Numbered from the stretch's first letter, positions 37,550-48,384 are shown. The stretch: 64,000 nucleotides of DNA from Negativicutes bacterium (GCA_022840825.1 JALHDB010000001.1:211763-275762); one strand, 5' to 3'. Program-made: numbers and translations. The notes: generated by a model from the sequence alone, not told the origin.

Positions 37550-38076
37550 TGAAAATAAATTTGTTGCCTCCGCAAGAAAGACCGCAAGGTCTTACCCGTA
37601 AGAAACTTTTTAGTATCGTGTCAGCTCTGGTATTGTTTAGTTATGCGGTAATCTTTAGTTACAATCAATATGTGTTGTGGAACTTAAACGACGAACTATT
37701 GGCTGTGGATGCGCAATACCAACTGCTGCGTCCGGCGGAACAGAAAATGTTGGCGGCGTTAGCCAAACAAACAGCTTATAATCAGCGCAACAGCCTGCTG
37801 GTCAAGTTGTCCAGAGAAAGAAAGTCTTGGCATGCCGCTTTATCGAGGTTGGGCTATATTACGCCGCCCAAGGTATGGTTGACCCAGGTTTCAACAGTTG
37901 ACCGGACGTATGTCAAAATACTTGGTCAAGCAGCAAGCTATTCTGAATTGGCTGCTTTCTTGACGAATATGGGCCAGGACGAGATATTTACTGCACCGAT
38001 GCTTATTTCAGCCGACCAAGATAATAGATCTAATCTGACAAAATTTGAAATTGTCGTAAAAATTAAGGAGACATAA
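37549..38076 (+). CDS. pilN: type IV pilus assembly protein PilN
   Basis: MKINLLPP start, single TM, coiled-coil periplasmic part. Confidence 0.8.
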   Translation: MKINLLPPQERPQGLTRKKLFSIVSALVLFSYAVIFSYNQYVLWNLNDELLAVDAQYQLLRPAEQKMLAALAKQTAYNQRNSLLVKLSRERKSWHAALSRLGYITPPKVWLTQVSTVDRTYVKILGQAASYSELAAFLTNMGQDEIFTAPMLISADQDNRSNLTKFEIVVKIKET

Positions 38077-38079
38077 CCA

Positions 38080-38646
38080 ATGCTGGAAATAAAAAAAATA
38101 ACGGCAAAAGTTTATAATATGATTTTTGCGGCGCTCATAGTATTGTCGGCAATTGTATTTTATAATTTTTTCTTTCAGCCGCAACAAGACCAAATTGCTT
38201 TGGCCCGAAATACACTTTCCATCCACCGACAGCGGGTTGCCGTGGTAGAGTCATTTGTACGAAGTCACCCTGATGCCGATAATTACTTGTCGGAATTGGA
38301 TGCCAAATTGATGTCGGCGCAGCGATTATTGCCGGATCAAACGATTATGTCGGCCTTATTATTGGAAGTTCAACAGGCGGCGCAAGATTCCGGTGTTAAG
38401 TTATTACGATTGAAGCCGCAAAAAGTTGTTATGAAGGCGGCTTACAGTGAAATTCCGATTGAAGTGGATATTCGCGGTAATTACTTTTCCCAGCTTAAAT
38501 TTTACAATTACCTTGAAAACAGATTACGCTTTAGTATTGTAAATAAGGTTAACATCCAAGCCCAACAGGGAATACTAGATACAAAACTTACCATTATTTT
38601 TTATGATTATATTACTAAAAACAATAAGATTAACAACAAGGGGTGA
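38080..38646 (+). CDS. pilO: type IV pilus assembly protein PilO
   Basis: N-terminal TM and coiled-coil. Position directly after pilN. Confidence 0.7.
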   Translation: MLEIKKITAKVYNMIFAALIVLSAIVFYNFFFQPQQDQIALARNTLSIHRQRVAVVESFVRSHPDADNYLSELDAKLMSAQRLLPDQTIMSALLLEVQQAAQDSGVKLLRLKPQKVVMKAAYSEIPIEVDIRGNYFSQLKFYNYLENRLRFSIVNKVNIQAQQGILDTKLTIIFYDYITKNNKINNKG

Positions 38647-39794
38647 ACAAGTTGCGCTATTTAACCGCAGGGGAGTCGCATGGGCCGGCATTAACCGCAA
38701 TAATTGAAGGATTGCCGGCCGGGTTAAAAATAGATTTGGATGATATAAACCATGAGTTGTATCGGCGCCAGCAAGGGTTCGGCCGTGGCGGGCGGATGGC
38801 CATCGAACAAGACCAAGTTAAGGTTTTATCCGGGGTGAGGTTTGGCCAAACCCTCGGGAGTCCGGTAACGTTACAGATCGAGAACCGTGATTGGGAGAAC
38901 CGCAGCCGGGACATGGCTGTCTTTGGCTCTGAGACCGGCAATATATTGTCCGCTCCGCGCCCCGGACATGCTGATTACTGTGGCATGCTAAAATATAACC
39001 ATCGGGATATTCGAAATATTTTGGAGCGGGCCAGCGCTAGGGAAACAGCAGCCAGAGTTGCGGTTGGTGCTATCGCCAAGCAATTATTGGCTGTTTTTAA
39101 TATTCATTTGATTTCGCATGTTATCAATATCGGCGGAGTGGTTATAAAAAAACAAGCTGTAGATTATGAGTTGGTTGCCGCCCGGCGTGATAATGAATTT
39201 GGCTGTATCGATCCGTCAGTTGTCGAAGAAATGCGTCGGGCTGTTACGACCGCGCAACATAATAAAGACACCTTGGGCGGCGCTTTTGAAATAATAACTA
39301 CGCCAATAATTCCCGGGTTGGGCAGTCATGTTCAATGGGACCGGCGTCTTGATGCCCAATTGGCTGCAGCTGTTGCTTCGGTACCGGCGATTAAAGGGGT
39401 GGAGTTCGGTGATGGTTTCGAATATGCCGGTATTCCCGGCAGTCAGGCACATGATGAATTTAGTGTTGATGATGGCGTCATTAATCGTACTTCTAACCAC
39501 GCCGGCGGCTTGGAAGGCGGCATGACCAATGGTCAGCCGGTTATTCTGCGTGCTGTTATGAAACCTATTCCGACGTTGATGCAGCCGCTGGCTTCGGTGG
39601 ATATGATTACCGGCCGGCCGGTACCGGCGGTGAGTGAACGCAGCGATGTGTGTGCGGTTCAGGCTGCCGCAGTGGTGACAGAAGCAATGGTAGCGATAGT
39701 ACTAGCCCAAGCACTGTTGGAAAAATTCAGCAGTGATTGTATGGCCGACTTGCAACATTCGGTTCAGGAATATCTTCAGCGTATAGGTGGTTAA
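38643..39794 (+). CDS. aroC: chorismate synthase
   Basis: RYLTAGESHGPAL N-terminal signature and further AroC motifs. Confidence 0.95.
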   Translation: MNKLRYLTAGESHGPALTAIIEGLPAGLKIDLDDINHELYRRQQGFGRGGRMAIEQDQVKVLSGVRFGQTLGSPVTLQIENRDWENRSRDMAVFGSETGNILSAPRPGHADYCGMLKYNHRDIRNILERASARETAARVAVGAIAKQLLAVFNIHLISHVINIGGVVIKKQAVDYELVAARRDNEFGCIDPSVVEEMRRAVTTAQHNKDTLGGAFEIITTPIIPGLGSHVQWDRRLDAQLAAAVASVPAIKGVEFGDGFEYAGIPGSQAHDEFSVDDGVINRTSNHAGGLEGGMTNGQPVILRAVMKPIPTLMQPLASVDMITGRPVPAVSERSDVCAVQAAAVVTEAMVAIVLAQALLEKFSSDCMADLQHSVQEYLQRIGG

Positions 39795-40326
39795 AGATAT
39801 GCGCAACATTGTTTTGATAGGTTTTATGGGGACCGGTAAAACTACTACCGGAAAAATGCTGGCTAATCGATTGCAACGCCCGTTTGTGGATGTGGATCGT
39901 AAAATTGAACAGCAAATGGGATTAGAAATACCGCAAATATTTTCCAATCACGGCGAAGATTTTTTCCGTGATGTCGAAGCACAAATCATTGCCAAAATAG
40001 CCCGTTACACCAATACGGTTATTGCCACTGGCGGCGGGGCGGTACTAGATCCGGTAAACTTAAGAAATCTTAGGATGAATGGAATTGTTGTTTTACTTAC
40101 AGCTTCCTTGGCGGTTATCTATGAACGAACTGAGCGTCGGAGGACCAGGCCGCTGCTGGAGGGTGAAGATAAATTTAAAATAATAGCCGATTTGTTGGCA
40201 CAACGACAAAGTCTTTATAATGAATATGATTTAAAGATTGATACATCCTCATTGCCGCCGGCAGAGGTGGTAGAACAAATAATTATATTTTTACGACAGG
40301 GAGGTTATCTGCGTGGGCGAAGTTAA
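39787..40326 (+). CDS. aroK: shikimate kinase
   Basis: P-loop GFMGTGKTT. ~170 aa. Confidence 0.9.
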   Translation: MVKDMRNIVLIGFMGTGKTTTGKMLANRLQRPFVDVDRKIEQQMGLEIPQIFSNHGEDFFRDVEAQIIAKIARYTNTVIATGGGAVLDPVNLRNLRMNGIVVLLTASLAVIYERTERRRTRPLLEGEDKFKIIADLLAQRQSLYNEYDLKIDTSSLPPAEVVEQIIIFLRQGGYLRGRS

Positions 40327-41398
40327 GGTGAATTTGGGCAGTAATAGTTATAAAATCCATATTGGTTGCGGATTAATGCAGCAGATTCATCTATTTTTGG
40401 ATAGCCTGAATATGCCTAACCATGTCTTTATTATAACCGATGAAAATGTAGGCAGTCTTTACGCCAAACAATTGGCGGCCGATTTACAACGCAATCACTA
40501 TCGCACGGTTCTGTATTGTGTAAAGCCGGGTGAACAATCGAAGTCTTGGCCTGTGTTGGACTGCTTATATACAGAAGCGGTAAAGGCCGGTTTTGACCGA
40601 AGCTGCACGGTATTGGCTGTTGGCGGCGGTGTAGTGGGGGATTTGGCCGGTTTTTTTGCCGCTACCTATATGCGCGGTGTTCCTTTTATTCAAATACCTA
40701 CAACTCTGCTGGCCCAAGTTGATTCCAGCGTCGGCGGGAAAGTTGCCATCAATCATGTTTTGGGGAAAAATATTATCGGTGCGTTTTACCAGCCCCGGAT
40801 GGTATTGATCGATCCGACAGTATTGACTACATTACCGGCTAGCGAGATTTCCAACGGTTTAGCGGAAGTTATTAAATATGGAATTATCGCTGATCAAGAT
40901 TTATTTGCGTATTTAATCGATAATGTACAAAAAATAGTTAATATTAATGAAGAAGTGATGCTTAGGCTTATTTCAAAATCCTGCTCGATAAAAGCAAGGA
41001 TTGTTGAACAGGATGAAAAGGATACCTCAGTGAGAATGATCCTCAATTTTGGCCATACTATCGGTCACGCTGTGGAGGCAGTGACCGGTTATAATAAATA
41101 TACTCATGGTGAAGCTGTAGCAATTGGGATGCATGGGGCTGCGCTGTTAAGCGAAAAATTGCTGCATTCGCCGGCTGAGCTTACAAAGCAACTATTGAAA
41201 TTATTACAAAAAATCAATTTGCCTGTTTCAACCTCGGAGTGCGATGCTGATAGTATAGTAACCGCAATACGCCATGACAAAAAGAGTATGGATGGGGTAG
41301 TAAATTGGATATTGCTGAGGAATATCGGCGATGCCGTTATTCATAAGGATGTTGCAGTGGATGTTCTGCAAACTGTTTTGCACCAAATTTGTAAATAA
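40313..41398 (+). CDS. aroB: 3-dehydroquinate synthase
   Basis: GGGVVGDLAGF NAD-binding and metal-binding His motifs. Confidence 0.9.
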   Translation: MGEVKVNLGSNSYKIHIGCGLMQQIHLFLDSLNMPNHVFIITDENVGSLYAKQLAADLQRNHYRTVLYCVKPGEQSKSWPVLDCLYTEAVKAGFDRSCTVLAVGGGVVGDLAGFFAATYMRGVPFIQIPTTLLAQVDSSVGGKVAINHVLGKNIIGAFYQPRMVLIDPTVLTTLPASEISNGLAEVIKYGIIADQDLFAYLIDNVQKIVNINEEVMLRLISKSCSIKARIVEQDEKDTSVRMILNFGHTIGHAVEAVTGYNKYTHGEAVAIGMHGAALLSEKLLHSPAELTKQLLKLLQKINLPVSTSECDADSIVTAIRHDKKSMDGVVNWILLRNIGDAVIHKDVAVDVLQTVLHQICK

Positions 41399-41431
41399 TA
41401 AACGCCAGTAACCGAATGGGGGGTTAAATCG

Positions 41432-42850
41432 TTGATCGACAAGCGGACCATTAGTGATGTACTGCAAGTAGCCATGCAGCATGGCGGCGATTTTGCCGAT
41501 ATATTTATTGAAAAAAAAGCTACTACCTTTATTTCCTGTGAAGAAAATCATATTGAAAGAATTAAGTCGGGTACGGATATCGGGGCCGGAATCAGAGTTG
41601 TTTATGATGATATGACATCCTATGCCTATACGAATGAACTGGACAAGGATAAGCTAATAGAGATTGCCGATATCGCCAGCCGGGCGGTAAAGCGTGGTAA
41701 TTCGCCCGTTACTTTGGATTTTAAACAAATCGCGCCGGATTTTTGCAACGAAGTAGAATTATTTCCCGGCCAGGTCAAGACAGAAGACAAGGTCGAAGTT
41801 GTTGAGCAGGCCAATACGGCAGCTAGAAAAACAGGCGGGCAAATAGCGCAAGTCGCCGTCACCTATGCCGATGCGGTACAAGATGTAGTTATAGCAAATT
41901 CACTAGGCCGTTATGTACAAGATAAAAGAGTTAGAACACGGTTATCGGTGACAGCGATTGCAAATGGCGGCAATATGATTCAGACTGGGTTTGATTCCAA
42001 TGGCGGCGCCTGTGGATTCGAATTATTTAAAAGAGTATCACCATGGGAAATGGGACAAAAGGCGGCGACCAGGGCTCTAACTATGCTGCAGGCCAAGCCG
42101 GCACCGGCAGGAAACATGCCGGTCGTAATGGCCGGCGAAGCAGGCGGTACCATGGTTCACGAAGCGTGCGGACACGGTTTGGAAGCTGACTTGGTCCAAA
42201 AAGGGCTGTCGGTATATGCCGGTAAACAAGGGCAGCAGGTTGCTGCGGATACGGTTACGGTGATTGATGACGGTACAATTCCTGGTAAATTTGGAACAAT
42301 GGTATTTGATGATGAAGGGTTTCCTACGCAGAAAACGGTTTTGATCGAAAACGGGGTGCTGCAAGGATATATGTACGATTATTTAACAGCCCGGCGGGAT
42401 GACACTTGTTCCACCGGTAACGGCCGCCGGGAATCGTTTGAAGATAAGCCGATTCCGCGGATGCGCAATACTTACATTGCTCCCGGAAAAGACGGTCCTG
42501 ATTTGATTGTAAAAGCTGTTAAAGATGGTTTGCTGGTCAAAAAAATGGGCGGCGGTCAAGTAAACACCGTGAACGGCGACTTTATGTTTGAGGTAGCTGA
42601 AGGATACCGGATTTGTAATGGAAAAATCGCTTATCCGGTTAAAGGCGCTACTTTAACCGGCAATGGACCACAAGCCTTAAAAAATATTGATATGGTAGGC
42701 AGTGATTTTGGTTTTACCATTGGTGTATGCGGAAAGAACGGCCAAGGCGCGCCGGTGTCTGATGCCCAGCCGACAATTAGAATTCCGGAGTTAATAGTAG
42801 GCGGTACTGAATATCAAGGTGGAAATGACCCCAAAATTTGTAGACGGTAA
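41432..42850 (+). CDS. tldD: TldD/PmbA family metalloprotease
   Basis: 472 aa. HEACGHGLE zinc-binding motif typical of TldD. Confidence 0.9.
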   Translation: MIDKRTISDVLQVAMQHGGDFADIFIEKKATTFISCEENHIERIKSGTDIGAGIRVVYDDMTSYAYTNELDKDKLIEIADIASRAVKRGNSPVTLDFKQIAPDFCNEVELFPGQVKTEDKVEVVEQANTAARKTGGQIAQVAVTYADAVQDVVIANSLGRYVQDKRVRTRLSVTAIANGGNMIQTGFDSNGGACGFELFKRVSPWEMGQKAATRALTMLQAKPAPAGNMPVVMAGEAGGTMVHEACGHGLEADLVQKGLSVYAGKQGQQVAADTVTVIDDGTIPGKFGTMVFDDEGFPTQKTVLIENGVLQGYMYDYLTARRDDTCSTGNGRRESFEDKPIPRMRNTYIAPGKDGPDLIVKAVKDGLLVKKMGGGQVNTVNGDFMFEVAEGYRICNGKIAYPVKGATLTGNGPQALKNIDMVGSDFGFTIGVCGKNGQGAPVSDAQPTIRIPELIVGGTEYQGGNDPKICRR

Positions 42851-42880
42851 TAAATGTAACATAATATCATATATTGTTAG

Positions 42881-42914
42881 CAAGGTTCGCTTACGTGGCC
42901 GAACCTTGTTTTAC
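42881..42914 (+). terminator. rho-independent terminator
   Basis: caaggttcg-...-cgaaccttg stem followed by ttttac. Confidence 0.6.
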
Positions 42915-43003
42915 TTCGGAAATTTTATATACTAAAAAACAAAGGATTCCTGACTTTTCAGTCGAATCCTATGTAAATAATAATGCACTTGGGGGAGTCA
43001 TAA

Positions 43004-44131
43004 TTGGGTAAAAAGAAATTTATTCAGGTTTTGCTGGTGATGAGTGTTGTGTTGGTAGGGATCATTGCATTTAGAATTTATCACAATTTGGAAGCAAACA
43101 AACAACGGGCCGGACGTGTTTCACGGGATAAGACAATTGCAGTAGAATTTATGAAAGTCGGCCGAAAAGATATTCAGCCGGAGCTGACTTTTTCTGCTAA
43201 TTTAGATCCGGTATGGAGTGCTGACATTTCTGCCAAAGTTGAGGGAAGAATAGACAGCTTGGTTGTGGAAGAAGGCATGACGGTAACAGCCGGTCAGATA
43301 TTGGCCCGATTGGACACCAGTGAACTGGAAGCCCAGGTCGCCAGGGACAAAGGCAGCTGGTATGCGGCTAAAGCGACATTGGAACAGGCTGAAATCGATT
43401 TTAAACGGATGCAGACACTTGCGGCACAGGGAGCTGTATCTAAGCAGGAACTTGATGCAGCTAAATATAAACGTGATCTGGCACAAGGCCAAGTTGCTGC
43501 TGCTGCCGGAAGTTTGAATGTATCATCGGTAAAACTGAATAATACTGAAGTTACTGCCCCCCGGGATTCGATAGTACTGAAACGATTTATCCAAGCCGGT
43601 GTATTTGTTAAGCTTGGCAATCCGATAGTAACATTGGGAGATGTTTCAACTTTGTTGGCCAAAGCTACTGTTGGCGAAGCACAAATCGGTGAAATAAGCC
43701 TTGGTTTGCCGGTTAAAGTACTGGTTAATGCCTATCCGCATAAAACATTCACCGGAACTGTTACCAGAATTTCGCCGATGGCAGCTCTTCCTTCGCGGAC
43801 ATTTACCGCTGAAATTAGTATTGCTAATCAACAGTCCTTGTTGAAGCCGGGAATGTTTGCTACAGCACGGGTGCAAGGAAATATACATAGAGATGCATTG
43901 GCTGTACCACAAAGTGCATTGGTAATGCGCGAGGATCAAAAAACAGTTTTTGTTGTGTTAGATGAGGGGATAGTTCAGCAGCGACTGTTAAAAATCGGCT
44001 ATATCGGCAATGGCTGGGTCGAAGTTCTGGATGGCGTAAAAGAAGGCGAAACAATTGTTGTCTCCGGACAAAATAAAGTTCATGACGGAGCCAAAGTAAT
44101 TAGCGGTTCTTCCCAGGAAGGGAGTAAGTAA
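43004..44131 (+). CDS. RND efflux periplasmic adaptor (membrane fusion protein, HlyD family)
   Basis: N-terminal TM anchor. Coiled-coil hairpin, lipoyl and beta-barrel regions. Confidence 0.85.
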   Translation: MGKKKFIQVLLVMSVVLVGIIAFRIYHNLEANKQRAGRVSRDKTIAVEFMKVGRKDIQPELTFSANLDPVWSADISAKVEGRIDSLVVEEGMTVTAGQILARLDTSELEAQVARDKGSWYAAKATLEQAEIDFKRMQTLAAQGAVSKQELDAAKYKRDLAQGQVAAAAGSLNVSSVKLNNTEVTAPRDSIVLKRFIQAGVFVKLGNPIVTLGDVSTLLAKATVGEAQIGEISLGLPVKVLVNAYPHKTFTGTVTRISPMAALPSRTFTAEISIANQQSLLKPGMFATARVQGNIHRDALAVPQSALVMREDQKTVFVVLDEGIVQQRLLKIGYIGNGWVEVLDGVKEGETIVVSGQNKVHDGAKVISGSSQEGSK

Positions 44132-44134
44132 GCT

Positions 44135-47100
44135 ATGGTACAAACATTTATAAAGCGCCCAATTTTTACAACAATGATCGTTATGTTGCTGGTAGTATTT
44201 GGGCTGAATTCTTACCCTGGACTAGGAATCGACTTATACCCGGATATTGACTTTCCGATAGTCACTGTTACGGTAACTTACACCGGTGCTTCGCCGGAAG
44301 AAATGGAGACGTTGGTTACCAAGCCTATCGAGAATGCAGTCAGCTCGGTAGCTGGTATTAAGACCATGTCGTCTATCTCTCGCGAGGGGTATTCACAGAC
44401 AACATTAGAGTTTGAATTAGGCACCGACCCTAAACAAGCCTCAAGTGAGGTCCGTGAAAAAGTGGCCAGCCGGCGAAAAAGACTGCCGGACCAGATTGAT
44501 GAACCGATAGTCCAACGGTTTGACATAACGGCGCAATCAATTCTTGGTTTCAGTTTAGCCTCTGACACTCGCAATCGGGGAGAGATCCGTAAGATTGCCG
44601 AAGATATTGTTAAAGACGAACTGCAAAGACTGGATGGAGTTGCTGAGGTCAATATAATCGGGGCTAGTCCACGGGAAATAATTTTGACTGTTGACCCGCA
44701 GAAACTGGAGGCTTACGGAGTTACCTTTCAGCAGGTTCTGGCGGCAGCCAACAATCAAAATATCAACACACCGGGCGGTAAAGTTAATGAACAAGGATTG
44801 GAACTTACTGTCAGGACAATAGGAAAATACCGAAATGTTGATGATATAAAAAACATTATTGTTGCTAATAAAGACGGTAAACTGGTACGTATGAGCGATG
44901 TCGTAGCGGTGGAGGACACCTGGGAAGAAGAAAGAACCTTTGCCAGAACAGGCGGTGTATCCAGCGTCATTATCTTAGTTCAGAAGCAATCAGGAACTAA
45001 TACGGTGGATGTTGCTGATCGGGCAATTGCGGCTATGAAGCGCATGGAAACGGAAGTATTACCCAAGGATATTAAGGTTTCATTGGTACGGGATCGTTCC
45101 ACTTATATTCGCGACAGTGTTGACGATGTAATGACAGCTATTATATTCGGCGGCTTGTTGGCAGTATTGGTAACTTATGTGTTTTTGCGGAACCTGCGGG
45201 CAACAATTATTGGCGCTTTTGCTATTCCTACCTCAATTATTGCCACCTTTTTCTTAATGAAGGCCATGGATTTTACCTTAAATAATATGTCACTAATGGG
45301 ATTAAGTTTGTCGGTTGGTATTTTGATCGATGATGCCATTGTAGTAGTAGAAAATATCTTTCGACATCTGGAAATGGGTAAGAGCCCTAAGCAAGCTGCT
45401 TTAGATGCTACAAATGAGATCTCCTTGGCCATTACGGCGACAACTTTGGCTATCTTGGCCGTGTTTGTTCCGGTTGGAAATATGGGTGAAATTGTCGGCC
45501 AGTTTTTTAAACAATTCGGCTTGACAGTTGCTTTTGCCGTTGCATTTTCGCTATTTGTAGCTTTTACCTTAACACCGATGTTGTCGGCTTATTGGCTGAA
45601 AAATGATTTAGCCCAAAAAGAAAAAACCGGTATAACCGGCTGGATTCAGCGCAAATTGGATTCTTGGGAAGACGGTTTTGTTACTTTGCGTGAACTGTAT
45701 AAAGATTTTTTGCGCTGGGCATTTCAACGACCAAAAAAAATTGTGGCTGTTGCGATATTATCACTATTTCTTAATGTTTTGTTGGTACCATTTTTGGGGA
45801 TTGAGTTTCAACCAACATATGACTCCGGCGAGTTCAGTATAAACTTTCAAGCTCCTACCGGTACTTCAATGGAGAAAATGAAGGAAATCTTAAAACCGAT
45901 CGAAAATGAAGTAATAAAAATTCCCGAATTGCAAACAGTATCACTGTGGATTGGCAGTTCCCGGAATCCCGTATATAAGGGCCAATTATCGGTGAAATTG
46001 GTGCCGTCTAATGAGCGCAAACGCTCAATGACGCAAATAATGGATGAATTAAGAATCAAATTCCGCAACAATAAAGATATGAAAATTTCACTAACCACTA
46101 ATCAAGGAGGCGGACGGGGTGATTCACGGCCGGTACAAATTGCTTTGCGCGGACCGGATCTGGATACATTGAACCGTTTTGCCGAGGAAATCATTGAGAA
46201 TATTAAAAAAATTCCCGGTGCTACCGATGTAGATATTTCCAGTTCTCAGATGGAACCGGAAGTCCAAATACGGCTTGATCCGGCCCGGATGGGTGATGTG
46301 GGCTTAGATGCTACCAGTGCCGGTACGGTTATTCAAACCGCTTTCCTGGGAAATACTACGAGCAACCAATTTTCGGTGGCCGGCAGTGACTATAATATTC
46401 GCGTGCAGATGAAAGAGACCAACCGCTTAAACATTAATGATGTTGCTAATTTGCGGGTGTCTACACCTACCGGACAATTTGTTCGGCTAGGTGATATTGC
46501 CGAAGTGAAATTGTCGTCGGGCCCGACCCAGATCGACCGGGAAGACCGTCAGCGGCAGGTTATCGTTTATGCCAATGCAGTTGGTATTTCACCCGGTGAA
46601 GTAATTGAAAAAATCAAACAGGATATTTTGCCGAACCTAAATCTACCTATTGGCTATTCCCACAAATTTGTTGGTCAGGCCAAAATGATGCAAGATTCCT
46701 TCGGCGAGATTGCCAAAGCGCTAATTTTGGCAGTAATACTTATTTACATGGTATTGGCTTCAGAATTTGAAAGTTTTATCCATCCGCTTACGATCATGCT
46801 ATCATTGCCATTTTCGTTGATTGGTGCGATTTTAGGGTTGATGATAGCAGGAAATACGATAAATATTATGTCGCTGATCGGTGTAATTATGTTAATGGGA
46901 TTGGTAACTAAAAATGCAATTATCTTAATTGACTATACCAATCAACTGCGCGACGAAGGGTTTTCAATTACTGATGCCTTATTGGAAGCAGGTTCTTTAC
47001 GGCTACGACCAATACTTATCACAACAATATCGACAATTCTAGGTATGCTGCCCATTGCTTTAGGCTGGGGTGCCGGTGCCGAATTACGTCAATCGATGGG

Positions 47101-47233
47101 TGTAGTATTAGTCGGCGGCATGATCACATCGACTTTTTTAACGTTAATTGTTGTGCCGTTAGTTTATTTGTTGATGGACCAATTGCAAACATATTGGAAG
47201 CAGCGCAAGACCTCGCAAGCTGTGAATTCATAG
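44135..47233 (+). CDS. RND efflux transporter permease (AcrB/HAE1 family)
   Basis: 1032 aa, 12-TM with two large periplasmic loops. Conserved TM4 motif. Confidence 0.95.
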   Translation: MVQTFIKRPIFTTMIVMLLVVFGLNSYPGLGIDLYPDIDFPIVTVTVTYTGASPEEMETLVTKPIENAVSSVAGIKTMSSISREGYSQTTLEFELGTDPKQASSEVREKVASRRKRLPDQIDEPIVQRFDITAQSILGFSLASDTRNRGEIRKIAEDIVKDELQRLDGVAEVNIIGASPREIILTVDPQKLEAYGVTFQQVLAAANNQNINTPGGKVNEQGLELTVRTIGKYRNVDDIKNIIVANKDGKLVRMSDVVAVEDTWEEERTFARTGGVSSVIILVQKQSGTNTVDVADRAIAAMKRMETEVLPKDIKVSLVRDRSTYIRDSVDDVMTAIIFGGLLAVLVTYVFLRNLRATIIGAFAIPTSIIATFFLMKAMDFTLNNMSLMGLSLSVGILIDDAIVVVENIFRHLEMGKSPKQAALDATNEISLAITATTLAILAVFVPVGNMGEIVGQFFKQFGLTVAFAVAFSLFVAFTLTPMLSAYWLKNDLAQKEKTGITGWIQRKLDSWEDGFVTLRELYKDFLRWAFQRPKKIVAVAILSLFLNVLLVPFLGIEFQPTYDSGEFSINFQAPTGTSMEKMKEILKPIENEVIKIPELQTVSLWIGSSRNPVYKGQLSVKLVPSNERKRSMTQIMDELRIKFRNNKDMKISLTTNQGGGRGDSRPVQIALRGPDLDTLNRFAEEIIENIKKIPGATDVDISSSQMEPEVQIRLDPARMGDVGLDATSAGTVIQTAFLGNTTSNQFSVAGSDYNIRVQMKETNRLNINDVANLRVSTPTGQFVRLGDIAEVKLSSGPTQIDREDRQRQVIVYANAVGISPGEVIEKIKQDILPNLNLPIGYSHKFVGQAKMMQDSFGEIAKALILAVILIYMVLASEFESFIHPLTIMLSLPFSLIGAILGLMIAGNTINIMSLIGVIMLMGLVTKNAIILIDYTNQLRDEGFSITDALLEAGSLRLRPILITTISTILGMLPIALGWGAGAELRQSMGVVLVGGMITSTFLTLIVVPLVYLLMDQLQTYWKQRKTSQAVNS

Positions 47234-47243
47234 AGGAGGAATC

Positions 47244-48206
47244 ATGGTGAAAAGAATTGCGGTTTTAACCAGCGGAGGCGATGCGCCGGGAATGAACGCT
47301 GCAATTCGGGCTGTGACCCGAACCGGAATTTATCACGGATTAGAGGTTTACGGAGTAGAACATGGCTATGCCGGATTAATGGATGGCCAATTTGTACCGT
47401 TGACTTTACACTCGGTTGCCGGAATCATTCAGCACGGCGGTACGATGTTAAAAACTGCCCGGAGTGATAAGTTTAAAACTGCCGACGGCTTTAACCAGGC
47501 CGTCGGTTCCCTTCAACGTATGAGCATTGAAATGTTGGTAGTAATTGGCGGCGATGGTTCAATGGCCGGTGCTGTAAAGTTGTCCCAGGCGGGGATAGCA
47601 ACGATGGTAGTACCAGGTACGATTGATAATGATATGCCGGGAACAAAATACACAATTGGTTTTGATACAGCTTTGAATACTGTGCTGGAGGCGGTGAACA
47701 AAATCCGCGATACGGCAGCTTCGCATGAACGAGTCGCCGTGGTGGAAGTTATGGGTCGTAGTGCCGGTCATATCGCTTTAATGGCAGGGCTTGCCTGTGG
47801 CGCTGAAGTAATGTTGCTGCCGGAGAAACCTTATGATATTAGGGATATTTGTGCAGGTTTGGACAAAAGCTATAAACGCGGCAAATTGTATAGCATTATA
47901 CTGGTTGCCGAAGGAGCAGCTAAAGGCTACGATATTGCCGATCAGATTGCTGTGAGTACTCCATTCAAACCGCATGTGACTGTATTGGGTTATATTCAGC
48001 GCGGCGGCAGTCCGTCGGCATTCGACAATATTATGGGCAGCCGGATGGGAGCAAGAGCCGTAGAGGCTTATATCGCGGGTAGTAAAGATCAATTAATTGC
48101 TTTTGAACATGGTGATATATTAACAAAAGATTATCATGCAGCTCTCAGCGAAAGAAAAGGAATAGATTATGCAATTGTAGATTTGGCAGGTATTTTGAGT
48201 ATGTAA
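47244..48206 (+). CDS. pfkA: ATP-dependent 6-phosphofructokinase
   Basis: IAVLTSGGDAPGMNAAIRAV and GGDGS motifs. Confidence 0.95.
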   Translation: MVKRIAVLTSGGDAPGMNAAIRAVTRTGIYHGLEVYGVEHGYAGLMDGQFVPLTLHSVAGIIQHGGTMLKTARSDKFKTADGFNQAVGSLQRMSIEMLVVIGGDGSMAGAVKLSQAGIATMVVPGTIDNDMPGTKYTIGFDTALNTVLEAVNKIRDTAASHERVAVVEVMGRSAGHIALMAGLACGAEVMLLPEKPYDIRDICAGLDKSYKRGKLYSIILVAEGAAKGYDIADQIAVSTPFKPHVTVLGYIQRGGSPSAFDNIMGSRMGARAVEAYIAGSKDQLIAFEHGDILTKDYHAALSERKGIDYAIVDLAGILSM

Positions 48207-48384
48207 TTTACAAGCATCTGCCCTGTAAAATTTCAAGATACTAATTTTGAATTGAAATGGTGAGTCATGTGATAATTTGACATCGTTTCAATTCTTTTTT
48301 TAAGTATGGTCAATATGACGTTGGCCAGTTCAATAATCTTATTAAGTTAACAGGATTTTTCTAGTAAGGTGTAAAATAATATAT

